A stretch of DNA of 34,822 nucleotides from Alphaproteobacteria bacterium (GTDB lineage: Bacteria; Pseudomonadota; Alphaproteobacteria; Rs-D84). The notes under the pieces are model-generated. The model made no database searches and was not told where the DNA came from. It saw nothing but the letters and a program-made list of their open reading frames with translations. Location of the stretch: contig JAEEQU010000001.1 of NCBI GenBank assembly GCA_016285415.1, forward strand, positions 1-34,822, given 5' to 3'. The position numbers and the translations under genes are program-made. This document shows, piece by piece, positions 1-8,248 of the stretch (position 1 is the stretch's first letter; every line of letters starts with the position of its first letter).

Positions 1-226
1 ATATATCTGGTGTAATCAAATTTACTGTTTCGAATACAATTCCTGCTTTTTTAAAATTATCGGTAAAATTTGGAATATATTTTTCTTTCGTTTTTTTTAT
101 TTTTTCTACACCACCAGGTATATAAACAATACTTTTCATATCTTTCAGTTCGGCTTTAAGCATATCGCCCAATCCGTGTCCAAAAATATTGTTAACATCA
201 AACCCACTACAATAATATCTTGTCAT
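1..226 (-). CDS. Hypothetical protein, first 75 codons only (gene continues past the left edge); weak resemblance to S51 peptidase E / GATase1-like proteins
   Basis: Absent from the ORF track because the window edge truncates it. The reverse complement of 224-226 is ATG, with AAGAGG (235-240) 8 nt upstream. It reads MTRYYCSGFDVNNIFGHGLGDMLKAELKDMKSIVYIPGGVEKIKKTKEKYIPNFTDNFKKAGIVFETVNLITPD with no stop down to position 1. Confidence 0.45.
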   Translation of the reverse strand, partial: MTRYYCSGFDVNNIFGHGLGDMLKAELKDMKSIVYIPGGVEKIKKTKEKYIPNFTDNFKKAGIVFETVNLITPDI

Positions 227-240
227 TATATAAACCTCTT

Positions 241-280
241 TTGACAATTTAATTCTAAATGATATATTGCTGTTTTTCAA
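241..280. promoter_or_regulatory. Overlapping divergent sigma70-like promoters
   Basis: Plus strand: TTGACA (241-246), 16 nt, TATATT (263-268). Minus strand: TTGAAA (275-280 rc), 17 nt, TAGAAT (252-257 rc), upstream of the truncated minus-strand gene. Confidence 0.4.
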
Positions 281-326
281 TAATAATAAAACACGAGTTT
301 CGCCCACACACCTCAACCAAAAATTC

Positions 327-353
327 AACCGGCATTTTGCCGGTTTAATTTTT
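327..353. terminator. Terminator-like hairpin with flanking T/A runs inside the leader of the deaminase gene
   Basis: AACCGGC (327-333), loop ATTTT, GCCGGTT (339-345), then TAATTTTT. Two more hairpins follow: GCGCA/TGCGC at 359-376 and AGAAAA/TTTTCT at 382-405. Confidence 0.4.
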
Positions 354-446
354 GGTCTGCGCACGGATCGTTGCGCGCCCAAGAAAAACACTTGCGGAAT
401 TTTCTGACAGAATTTAAAATCTGGACAATACAGTACAAGGAATATC

Positions 447-1001
447 ATGACACAAAACAAATATCAAAACATTATCGCTAATGAAGAAGTTAATCAAAAC
501 AAACTGGACCGCGCCGATGCAATTATTTCCGAACTTTACCACAAAATGCCTAAATATATCGCCAATGGTCACGGACCTTTTTTAGCCGCAATTTATGACA
601 ATGACGGAAATTTAATTGCAGAATCGGCGAACAGTGTTCTATCAGACAAATGCAGCAATAATCATGCGGAAACAAATGTAATTCGCGCCGCCGAAGAAAA
701 ACTTGGTACACACGATTTATCAAAATACAATTTATCGCTGTATATAACCGCCGAACCATGCATGATGTGCATCGGCGCAATTATGTGGTCGGGAATTCGC
801 GCCGTTTATTATGGTGTTCCATCCAAAACCGTTCAGAACATTACCGGATTTGATGAAGGGTTCAAGCCAAAATGGTTGAATGAATTTGCAGCACGCAATA
901 TTACTGTATATGGAAATATTGCACCCGAATCTGGTGAACGCGTATTGCGCGACTATGTCACCAATGGCGGGACCATATACAAACCAAAACGAACATATTA
1001 A
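447..1001 (+). CDS. CMP/dCMP-type zinc deaminase (nucleoside / guanine / tRNA-adenosine deaminase-like)
   Basis: Carries the HAE motif (NNHAETNVIRAAEE) and the PCxxC motif (AEPCMMCIGAI) with the spacing typical of the cytidine deaminase fold. AAGGA lies 7 nt before the ATG. Confidence 0.85.
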   Translation: MTQNKYQNIIANEEVNQNKLDRADAIISELYHKMPKYIANGHGPFLAAIYDNDGNLIAESANSVLSDKCSNNHAETNVIRAAEEKLGTHDLSKYNLSLYITAEPCMMCIGAIMWSGIRAVYYGVPSKTVQNITGFDEGFKPKWLNEFAARNITVYGNIAPESGERVLRDYVTNGGTIYKPKRTY

Positions 1002-1900
1002 TAATATATGTCAATCGGAACTTCGTGTCCGGTGCAAAAATCTATAAAGAAATTAACAAATGCACGAACCTTTGGCGATTCGGCAATTTCGGTTCGACAA
1101 ACACATTGAGTTTCCATTTCATATTCAAAATCTAAATTTTTCAAGCAAACCAGATTTTTACTACTTTCTTCAAACCACGACGGGAAAACCGTAATGCCAT
1201 CACCATCATTGACCAAACGATATATCAACGCCAACGAATCGGATGTTGTATTTAAATGTTTTGCACGTTTTATAATACTTTGATATTCTGGCAAATTCAT
1301 ATAACGATAAACCATGCACAAATCATGGTTTTCAAGCAAATCATTTATGTTTTTGGGGGCACCATGTGTGGATAAGTATTTCTTACTGGTATAAAATTTC
1401 AAATGCGTTTTAAATTTAAATAATACCGTTCCATGAATGTTTGTATGCAATTTTGGTTTAATAATCAAAATGTCCATATTTGATATATCTGGCTCTTTTC
1501 TCATCAGTAATTCCAAACGGATTTTTGGATATTTAGCATAAAATTCAGATAAATCTTTCATTATAAAACTGCCAAATAATCCCTCTTCCGTCCATACAGA
1601 CATAGAACCAGACAAAGAATTTATATCAACAAAATTTTCTGCAATTTTATTAAGTAATTCTTCTATGGCACAGATATCACTATATATAAGCTGAGCAGAA
1701 TTTGTTGGTTGGCTGCCATCAAAACTGCGGTTGATAAGTTTAGTATTAAATCTGTCTTCTAAATTTTTGACCAATTGCGATAAATTAGAACTCTTGATGC
1801 CGTTTTCACTGGCGGCGACTTGAATACTACCCTTATCAACTACCTCCTTTAACGCAAGCAATTCTTTTAATAAAATTATCTTTGATTTTAATGTTGACAT
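998..1900 (-). CDS. LysR-family transcriptional regulator
   Basis: N-terminal wHTH (LKEVVDKGSIQVAASENGIKSSNLSQLVKNLEDRFNTKLINR), about 300 aa, with a C-terminal substrate-binding-like region. Its stop overlaps the deaminase stop by 4 nt (convergent genes). Confidence 0.8.
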   Translation of the reverse strand: MSTLKSKIILLKELLALKEVVDKGSIQVAASENGIKSSNLSQLVKNLEDRFNTKLINRSFDGSQPTNSAQLIYSDICAIEELLNKIAENFVDINSLSGSMSVWTEEGLFGSFIMKDLSEFYAKYPKIRLELLMRKEPDISNMDILIIKPKLHTNIHGTVLFKFKTHLKFYTSKKYLSTHGAPKNINDLLENHDLCMVYRYMNLPEYQSIIKRAKHLNTTSDSLALIYRLVNDGDGITVFPSWFEESSKNLVCLKNLDFEYEMETQCVCRTEIAESPKVRAFVNFFIDFCTGHEVPIDIYY

Positions 1901-1943
1901 ACTTCTATATTATATAGCCAAACATTTTTGTAAACAAAAATAT

Positions 1944-2171
1944 TTAATCGCAGATACATTTTACAAAATCTTCCAGCTTTTTCCCCGTAGAATTTAATAT
2001 TTTTGCAATACTGTTTGTCGAAGGCCACCTTGGTTGGCCATACTTTGACCAACGTTTACTCTTGTTAAATGTTGTCGCATCCAAACCAGAAAATCTTGCC
2101 AACCCAGAACAAGACATGTTATGTTGAAACGCGAATTTATCTATTGCCTGCCATATATCTTGATGCGTCAT
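1944..2171 (-). CDS. Small Cro/C1 (XRE)-type HTH transcriptional regulator
   Basis: MTHQDIWQAIDKFAFQHNMSCSGLARFSGLDATTFNKSKRW...RWPSTNSIAKIL resembles the N-terminal domain of alphaproteobacterial repressor-like proteins. I chose the ATG at 2171 because GGAG lies 7 nt upstream; the track start at 2195 has no RBS. Confidence 0.7.
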   Translation of the reverse strand: MTHQDIWQAIDKFAFQHNMSCSGLARFSGLDATTFNKSKRWSKYGQPRWPSTNSIAKILNSTGKKLEDFVKCICD

Positions 2172-2694
2172 TTTTAACTCCTTTTGTTGTAACACTATCT
2201 ACATTATATTCATTCTCAGGAAATTTGTTTTATCCTGTTTTTATATATCAGACATCTAAAAAAAGGTACAAAAGGAGCATAAATCACATCAACCAGCGCA
2301 GAAAAAATATCATATAAACAATAAGATAATCGCACCGCCCTAGGAATATTGTATTATAAATCTGTAATTTTATGGTATACGTATAAAAAACGGCCTGTAT
2401 ATATTAGGTTTCTAATGTTTTTTCAAGATTTGTTTTTCCATAATAGGAAAAAATCTACTGACGTTATCAACCGCAAAAAATTGGGTTTTAACAACCAAAA
2501 CTAATACCATTTTGGACCATACATTTTATTAAAATGCGACTATTGTTATTCATCAGCAAAATGTTTCCGATTCGAATCCAAGTAGATTTCACAAGTAAAG
2601 AGCATAGAGAAATCATCATAGGGGCGCCACAGCTTTGCTTTAGCATGAGCGTGGGAATTGAGTGAGCCACAACCAAATTTATACAAAAAAGCAA

Positions 2695-3768
2695 CTATTT
2701 TTCATATCCAAGTTTTTGTAACAGATATGGCAATCTGACCGATTCTTGCGTAATATTTGGACATTGTTTTGATAATATCTCTAATCTTTTTGGTAAATAA
2801 TCAACCATTTCTGAATAAAGCTGAATCCATGGTTTGCATTTACCATCACTATAAAAAGGTATCCCAGGCGTTAACTTTTCTACCGGAACCATAAAATCTG
2901 CAGTGCCACCATCATCCAGTGAAAATATAATGTTAATGCTTTCTTTTGATGGTTTTACACAATTTTTTACATCCAAAGAATTTGAAGCATTATCAGAGTG
3001 TATAATTCTGAAATGAGATTCTATATGTTCTTCTGTCGTATCTTGGGCGCCAATACCAAATTCGCGTGCACGTCCCCAACTGCCAAAATTATGCGTTTCT
3101 ATCAAAAACGGAATATCATTCACATAAAGGCCAAAATTATATCTTGTCGGGACATCGGACAACGCCATATCTGAAAGTTTAACCCCATTTTTTGCCAACT
3201 TACAAAACAAATTATTCAACCTATCATAAATTTTATAACTATCCTCATCATTTGGATTATCAGGAATAACGTACGCATCAAAATCAAAATATTCCCGTAA
3301 TTCAGAATTACATATCCGTGATATTAACTTCATATTTGCATCTTCATTAGAATGAAACTTATCAACAGATAACGAAAATTTTATTTTCTTCTTATAATTT
3401 GAAAAATCTATATTATCCAAACTTTCCCACACGATTGAATTGATTGTATTATCTTCGGTCCACAAAGAATTTGTTCTAATATCTAATCTATAATTTCTAT
3501 TTACACACTCTTGAATCAAATTTGGTATATAATCTGCAGAATAATGCTTGTACGCGGTCATAACTTCCCCACCATTGAACCCAATAGAACGGCTAAAGTT
3601 TGGTTCTTGGTCAAATTGATCAAAATAAAACAAAATATCTGAAAGCTTCATAAAATTTTTTGGTTGATGTGGCCCCGCAGACATAAGGCAATGCTGGCAA
3701 AACGCATTACAATACGTTGTTAAAAAAAAGTGCACAGTAAATTTTATCGGCGTGTGTATTTGATTCAT
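2695..3768 (-). CDS. Radical SAM enzyme of unassigned subfamily
   Basis: Has CX3CX2C (TTYCNAFCQHCLMSAG) near the N-terminus and a GGE motif (IGFNGGEVM). No C-terminal Cys cluster is visible, so it does not look like a SPASM/twitch type. TTGACA-16-TATTTT lies upstream on the minus strand. Confidence 0.8.
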   Translation of the reverse strand: MNQIHTPIKFTVHFFLTTYCNAFCQHCLMSAGPHQPKNFMKLSDILFYFDQFDQEPNFSRSIGFNGGEVMTAYKHYSADYIPNLIQECVNRNYRLDIRTNSLWTEDNTINSIVWESLDNIDFSNYKKKIKFSLSVDKFHSNEDANMKLISRICNSELREYFDFDAYVIPDNPNDEDSYKIYDRLNNLFCKLAKNGVKLSDMALSDVPTRYNFGLYVNDIPFLIETHNFGSWGRAREFGIGAQDTTEEHIESHFRIIHSDNASNSLDVKNCVKPSKESINIIFSLDDGGTADFMVPVEKLTPGIPFYSDGKCKPWIQLYSEMVDYLPKRLEILSKQCPNITQESVRLPYLLQKLGYEK

Positions 3769-3882
3769 ATTTTTTGCCTATTACAATCATAAAATACACT
3801 AAAATTTATATTTGTCAAGACAATTGATCATAAACACACATCGTTTCCACCAGCCACAAAGGGTAAAAAATGATATTTTATC

Positions 3883-4449
3883 TTAATTCCACTTTATAAT
3901 CGGCATGATTTCGGGTAATTCGGCACCGGTAAAATGTCCGCGTCCCGAAAACTTATGAACGCGAATATCCGGAATATTTTTTGTTATTTTATCAAAACTG
4001 CTGTTGATATACGGTGCATCATCATCAGAAATCATCAGATCTATACCCTGCTCTGTCTGGGCAACCAAATCATTACTTAAATTTATATCATGATAAAATC
4101 CAAATGGTTGGAAATCTTCCGCATCAATATATGGGGCAACCAAAACAACTTGGCGAACTTTTAATTCTGGGTGTTTTGACAGATATTTCAAAACAAAACC
4201 GCCACCCGCCGAATGTCCAATTAAAACGGTGTCGGCATTAATATCTTGGCTATTCATTATTTTTTCCCATTCGTCATATTTCATAAACAATACGTGTGCA
4301 TGTGGGAAATACGGCCGCTGCATAATTACATCGTGTTCCAGTTCAACGAAAAATTGTAACCAATCTGCCCAACATGCATTTGCATCATAGGTCCGCGTAT
4401 TCCATTCATATTTCGGCCCCATCGCACCATGGCAAAAAACAATATTCAT
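3883..4449 (-). CDS. Alpha/beta serine hydrolase, YdeN/RBBP9-like
   Basis: GHSAGG nucleophile elbow, MNIVFCHGAMG N-terminus, later SDDD and GHF as triad candidates. I chose the start at 4449 because AGGAAGGG lies just upstream. Confidence 0.75.
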   Translation of the reverse strand: MNIVFCHGAMGPKYEWNTRTYDANACWADWLQFFVELEHDVIMQRPYFPHAHVLFMKYDEWEKIMNSQDINADTVLIGHSAGGGFVLKYLSKHPELKVRQVVLVAPYIDAEDFQPFGFYHDINLSNDLVAQTEQGIDLMISDDDAPYINSSFDKITKNIPDIRVHKFSGRGHFTGAELPEIMPIIKWN

Positions 4450-4459
4450 TTCCCTTCCT

Positions 4460-5335
4460 TTATTTTTTGCGGCCATACATTCTGTTAAAGTGTAATGCAT
4501 GCGCGCGTTTTACCTTTCTTAATTCTTGTTCTAATTCATATTGCCATGAAAATATACTGTTTATTTTTAATTTGTGCTTACCTTCCTGATTCAACAGGGA
4601 TGCCGGAACATCGCAATAACCATGTTTTAAATCAGCATAATACCCTGATTTATACTTTGGATCATAATTACATTTATTGGCATAAACTTCGTACAAACAA
4701 AAATCAGCAGGATAATAATGATACAATATTGTAAATTTATGTACACCTGTCTTAAACAGCACACTAAAACACAAAACATCTTTTTTCCCATCAATGTGAT
4801 TAAATGTTCGCTGTGTTAATCTTTTTTTGGCCATATAATCATCGGTATCCGAATCAAATTTAAATTTCTTAATTTTTGCATCTGTATATTCATCGCATTT
4901 AAAATCAACGGTATTCAAAAATAGCATATAATCTAATTTGGCAACTGGACGATACAGCATTTTGCCTACTTTATCTTTATTTTGATAATTCAAGTTATGA
5001 TCCCAAATCGTCAAAGTATTGTCTGCATTAATAACCACAAAAAAATCATCTATCGGACGAATCAACGATTTTTCCGTGCGACCGCCTAACTGTTCTTCCA
5101 GTTTCCAATAATCAACACATGCATTGGCCACGGGTATATTGTACTTTTCGGCCAATGTATACCGACGGCCCATGGTACGATCAGAACGGGCTTGGTCCGC
5201 CGCCGGACATATACTGTACCCATTGATATTACACATCTCGTGGTCGCCAAACAAACCATATAAATCCATATGGGAACCACAATACCAATCGTTTATGATA
5301 AATTCACAATGCGGGATATTTACAAATTCAGACAT
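4460..5335 (-). CDS. Hypothetical protein with a Cys/His-rich N-terminus
   Basis: A 291-aa ORF ending 10 nt before the hydrolase start. I recognise no family. The N-terminus reads IPHCEFIINDWYCGSHMDLYGLFGDHEMCNINGYSIC. Confidence 0.6.
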   Translation of the reverse strand: MSEFVNIPHCEFIINDWYCGSHMDLYGLFGDHEMCNINGYSICPAADQARSDRTMGRRYTLAEKYNIPVANACVDYWKLEEQLGGRTEKSLIRPIDDFFVVINADNTLTIWDHNLNYQNKDKVGKMLYRPVAKLDYMLFLNTVDFKCDEYTDAKIKKFKFDSDTDDYMAKKRLTQRTFNHIDGKKDVLCFSVLFKTGVHKFTILYHYYPADFCLYEVYANKCNYDPKYKSGYYADLKHGYCDVPASLLNQEGKHKLKINSIFSWQYELEQELRKVKRAHALHFNRMYGRKK

Positions 5336-5523
5336 TATTATGCGACCTTACTTTTACTCTCACACTCCCGATACTTATAGTTGTTTTATAGCATAATTTA
5401 CATAAAAATCAATGCAGATATATCAAACCGATTTTTTATATTTTTCCCACAAATTCGCAAAACCATTTTCGGCCTTGTTCGCATCAGACACAATCGCCAA
5501 ATAAGCATAACAATATAATGAAT

Positions 5524-6027
5524 TTATCGGGTCGTTATATCACGACCCTGCTGTTGTTGCAGTGGTGGCAATGGTTGATACTTTACCAAATTTGGATTTG
5601 CCTGTAATACCTGTTGAACACATCTGCCAATGTAATTCGCAACTTTATCCTCTGGGTCACTAAGAGTCGGGTAAATCCACCGCCTTGCCCCCGATGGATA
5701 TTCTTTGATAACCTTGTCTTTTACATACCACTTATACACTGATTCCAGAACCTTAAATATCGTCTCTGGATTTTCCACCTGTTTGTCTTTGAAAATTATT
5801 GTCATCCCAAAATATGACCCTGATCGTCCCTGATACCCCTGAAATGGCCGATTTTGTTCCCCATAGATAAGATAACTATATGCTATATTATTTCCAACAA
5901 GACGTTTAATATCTTTTTTTATTCCAGTATCTGATGTATAAAAACCTTCACAAAGCGCACGCCCAAGATCACTGCACTTTGAAATTTCCTGACCAATTAC
6001 AACCCCATGAACTATTAATTCTGCCAT
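5524..6027 (-). CDS. Hypothetical protein
   Basis: ORF with a GGAG RBS 8 nt before the ATG at 6027 (MAELIVHGVVIGQ...). The C-terminal tail is Gln/Pro-rich. I recognise no family and see no signal peptide. Confidence 0.55.
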   Translation of the reverse strand: MAELIVHGVVIGQEISKCSDLGRALCEGFYTSDTGIKKDIKRLVGNNIAYSYLIYGEQNRPFQGYQGRSGSYFGMTIIFKDKQVENPETIFKVLESVYKWYVKDKVIKEYPSGARRWIYPTLSDPEDKVANYIGRCVQQVLQANPNLVKYQPLPPLQQQQGRDITTR

Positions 6028-6114
6028 TGGTATACTCCGATTATCATTGTTATAATGATGATACCATAAAAATTGCAACTTCTCAACTGCGCATCATGGT
6101 CATATTTTAAAAAA

Positions 6115-6675
6115 CTATTTTACTGGCATCACAAAATACACTTCCGCCTTGCGCGGTGGCAATGCCGTATTCCCCGCATCATAAAACAATTCGCCATCTT
6201 TGTGCACAATTTTTATATTTCCACAACCTATTCCTGTATCGTGTTCGCCGCGCGTATCATTATAGTGCGGATACCGTGTTGAATCGATTACACGCAATTC
6301 CATATTTTCATCATCGTTATTTAATACCTTGTCAACGAACATACAGTGCCCCGCCCCATCGGGAAACACCACAACACAAATACACCGCGGCACTGGTTCC
6401 AACAAGAAATGCCAATATTTAAAATTCTCGCGATTATTATAAACGAAATAAAAATCCTGACAGAAAAATCTGTTTATCTTAATAAAATCATTTGCCCGCA
6501 AAAAATGTCGTAATTCCACCAATGCCCGACGATACCCCATTTGAAACAGACACCAATATACAAACCCACTGCAATCCATATGAAATGAATTTTTTCCATC
6601 TATGCTATCAATATAATTGGAATGATTATATTCCGATATTATTTTTTGATTTAGAATTTTATCTATAAAATCCAT
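6115..6675 (-). CDS. NlpC/P60-superfamily (papain-like) cysteine hydrolase-like protein, apparently cytosolic
   Basis: HMDCSGFVYW is the catalytic-Cys context typical of NlpC/P60. About 75 aa later come GAGHCMFV and RVIDST, candidates for the His and the third residue. No signal peptide. GGGG RBS. Confidence 0.55.
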   Translation of the reverse strand: MDFIDKILNQKIISEYNHSNYIDSIDGKNSFHMDCSGFVYWCLFQMGYRRALVELRHFLRANDFIKINRFFCQDFYFVYNNRENFKYWHFLLEPVPRCICVVVFPDGAGHCMFVDKVLNNDDENMELRVIDSTRYPHYNDTRGEHDTGIGCGNIKIVHKDGELFYDAGNTALPPRKAEVYFVMPVK

Positions 6676-6704
6676 AGTTTTCCCCGTATAGCACCATCGC
6701 CAAA

Positions 6705-7892
6705 TTATGACATTTTTGCCAATTTTGACGATATATTAAAACTTATTCTTGTGGCCAACACCAGTGCACCACCCATTACCAACAATGACCACCGTAATAT
6801 TTCTATGCCCCCAAACACCCCTATATACAGCAACATAAGCAATACAAGCCAGCGTCCCAACCCCAACGCCATTTCACGTGATGCCATATATTCCGATTTA
6901 TACTTGGCCGCAACCACCGGTGATTGAACAACATTAAACATAATAGTTTCACATATATAACACAGTATATTCATCGCGGTCGCAACCATAAAACAATAAA
7001 TTAAAAATGTTATTTGACTGGGTGCGGCAACAAAAACACATATTCCCGCAACCATCGCCAACACACACATATGCATAACAAATCTAAAATGTCTACGTTG
7101 TGTGTACCGACTGTATAACCAAGATATAAATACCGTACAAATCGCAAATATCGTTGTACAAATACCAAGGTTTAAATCTGTATGGAAAATGTATATCGTA
7201 TACACGGTCACAATTGTATCTATTAAATTTGTCATTCCACGCAGACATTCGGCAAATAACATATTACGAATTATTGGGCATCGGGAAACCCTATGCATAA
7301 ACCCACGCAATTCCAATGGTTCTTTATCTGTTTTATGTACCCCACGAATCATAAACAGCAGTCCAAATTCCATACATATAATGATTACCATAACCTGGGC
7401 CACTTCTACAAATGTTCCAAATGTAATAAATATACCCAATAGTGTCGGTATAATAACTTTGCTGGCATTTTGCCACACACCCTTTATACTATTAAATTTC
7501 GCCATCTTGCTTGGTGCGATTTTTTCGGCCACTATCATGTTATATGGAAAATGATACAAACTCTCGGCAATACCATACATTATACCAACCATAAATAATT
7601 GGTCTATAACCGTATCCCCCAGCACCACCAATGCCATCATAAGAATTGCGTATGCGACCAAATGAATACCAAACACAAATACTTTGTTATACCTTTTACA
7701 AAAATATGATGCGACAAAACTTCCAATCATTAGCGCAAAATATTCCATCAACTTAAATGTAGATACCGCAGTTATATCATTTGTCACCAAACGCATTATA
7801 TATGCGACCAAAAATGCCCCAACAAACATGCCGGTCAATTGATTTAATATAGAAAACACAATTAAAACCCAAGAACCACGGGGCAGACGCAT
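6705..7892 (-). CDS. Polytopic membrane transporter, MFS-like
   Basis: A 395-aa protein that is almost entirely hydrophobic helices (about 10-12), with a central basic loop (HKTDKEPLELRGFMHR). Confidence 0.65.
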   Translation of the reverse strand: MRLPRGSWVLIVFSILNQLTGMFVGAFLVAYIMRLVTNDITAVSTFKLMEYFALMIGSFVASYFCKRYNKVFVFGIHLVAYAILMMALVVLGDTVIDQLFMVGIMYGIAESLYHFPYNMIVAEKIAPSKMAKFNSIKGVWQNASKVIIPTLLGIFITFGTFVEVAQVMVIIICMEFGLLFMIRGVHKTDKEPLELRGFMHRVSRCPIIRNMLFAECLRGMTNLIDTIVTVYTIYIFHTDLNLGICTTIFAICTVFISWLYSRYTQRRHFRFVMHMCVLAMVAGICVFVAAPSQITFLIYCFMVATAMNILCYICETIMFNVVQSPVVAAKYKSEYMASREMALGLGRWLVLLMLLYIGVFGGIEILRWSLLVMGGALVLATRISFNISSKLAKMS

Positions 7893-8056
7893 TTATTCTC
7901 TCTCTTATTAACTATCAGGAATTATATCATAATTCTACACTTTGGTCAAAAGCATGCGATTGATTTGGATTGCGAATTTGACACAAATAAATTTTCTGTT
8001 TCATATTTACTTTATACCATTTTTGTACTAAAATTTATCAAAAAGGGGAAATAAAC

Positions 8057-8248
8057 ATGGCAGGTCAAGATTTCTATGCCACGGCCGTAGATTTAGTCGT
8101 AAAGAATAACAATCCATCAATATCATACATTCAACGCATGTTGAATATTAGCTATAACACAGCTGCTGATTATATGGAAAAAATGGAGGCTACTGGCATC
8201 GTATCCGCCCCCAACCAAGAAGGTAAAAGAACTGTTCTAAAAAAATAA
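8057..8248 (+). CDS. Stand-alone FtsK-gamma-like winged-helix DNA-binding protein
   Basis: QDFYATAVDLVVKNNNPSISYIQRMLNISYNTAADYMEKMEATGIVSAPNQEGKRTVL aligns residue for residue with E. coli FtsK gamma ([58 protein letters not shown]). A GGGGA RBS is present. Confidence 0.8.
   Translation: MAGQDFYATAVDLVVKNNNPSISYIQRMLNISYNTAADYMEKMEATGIVSAPNQEGKRTVLKK

Noticed and set aside
344-356. The 13-mer TTTAATTTTTGGT shared with 33715-33727, where TGG is the complement of the tRNA-Met CCA end. Considered as a tRNA 3' remnant or integration scar.
   Set aside because: The sequence after the 13-mer at 357-376 forms a 5-bp hairpin with an 8-nt loop that does not fit a T-arm/acceptor arrangement. The shared part is mostly a terminator T-run.
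2569-2578. GATTCGAATC, which looks like a tRNA T-arm (GGTTCGAATCC) inside the 500-nt spacer at 2196-2694.
   Set aside because: It is only a 10-nt palindrome. No flanking T stem, acceptor stem or anticodon arm can be drawn on either strand.
2488-2694. A 68-codon ORF starting directly after the radical SAM stop, considered as a RiPP precursor peptide.
   Set aside because: It has a TTG start, no Shine-Dalgarno sequence before it or before the internal ATGs, and a hydrophobic, non-repetitive sequence with no leader/core pattern. It is kept only as a weak note inside the cluster finding.
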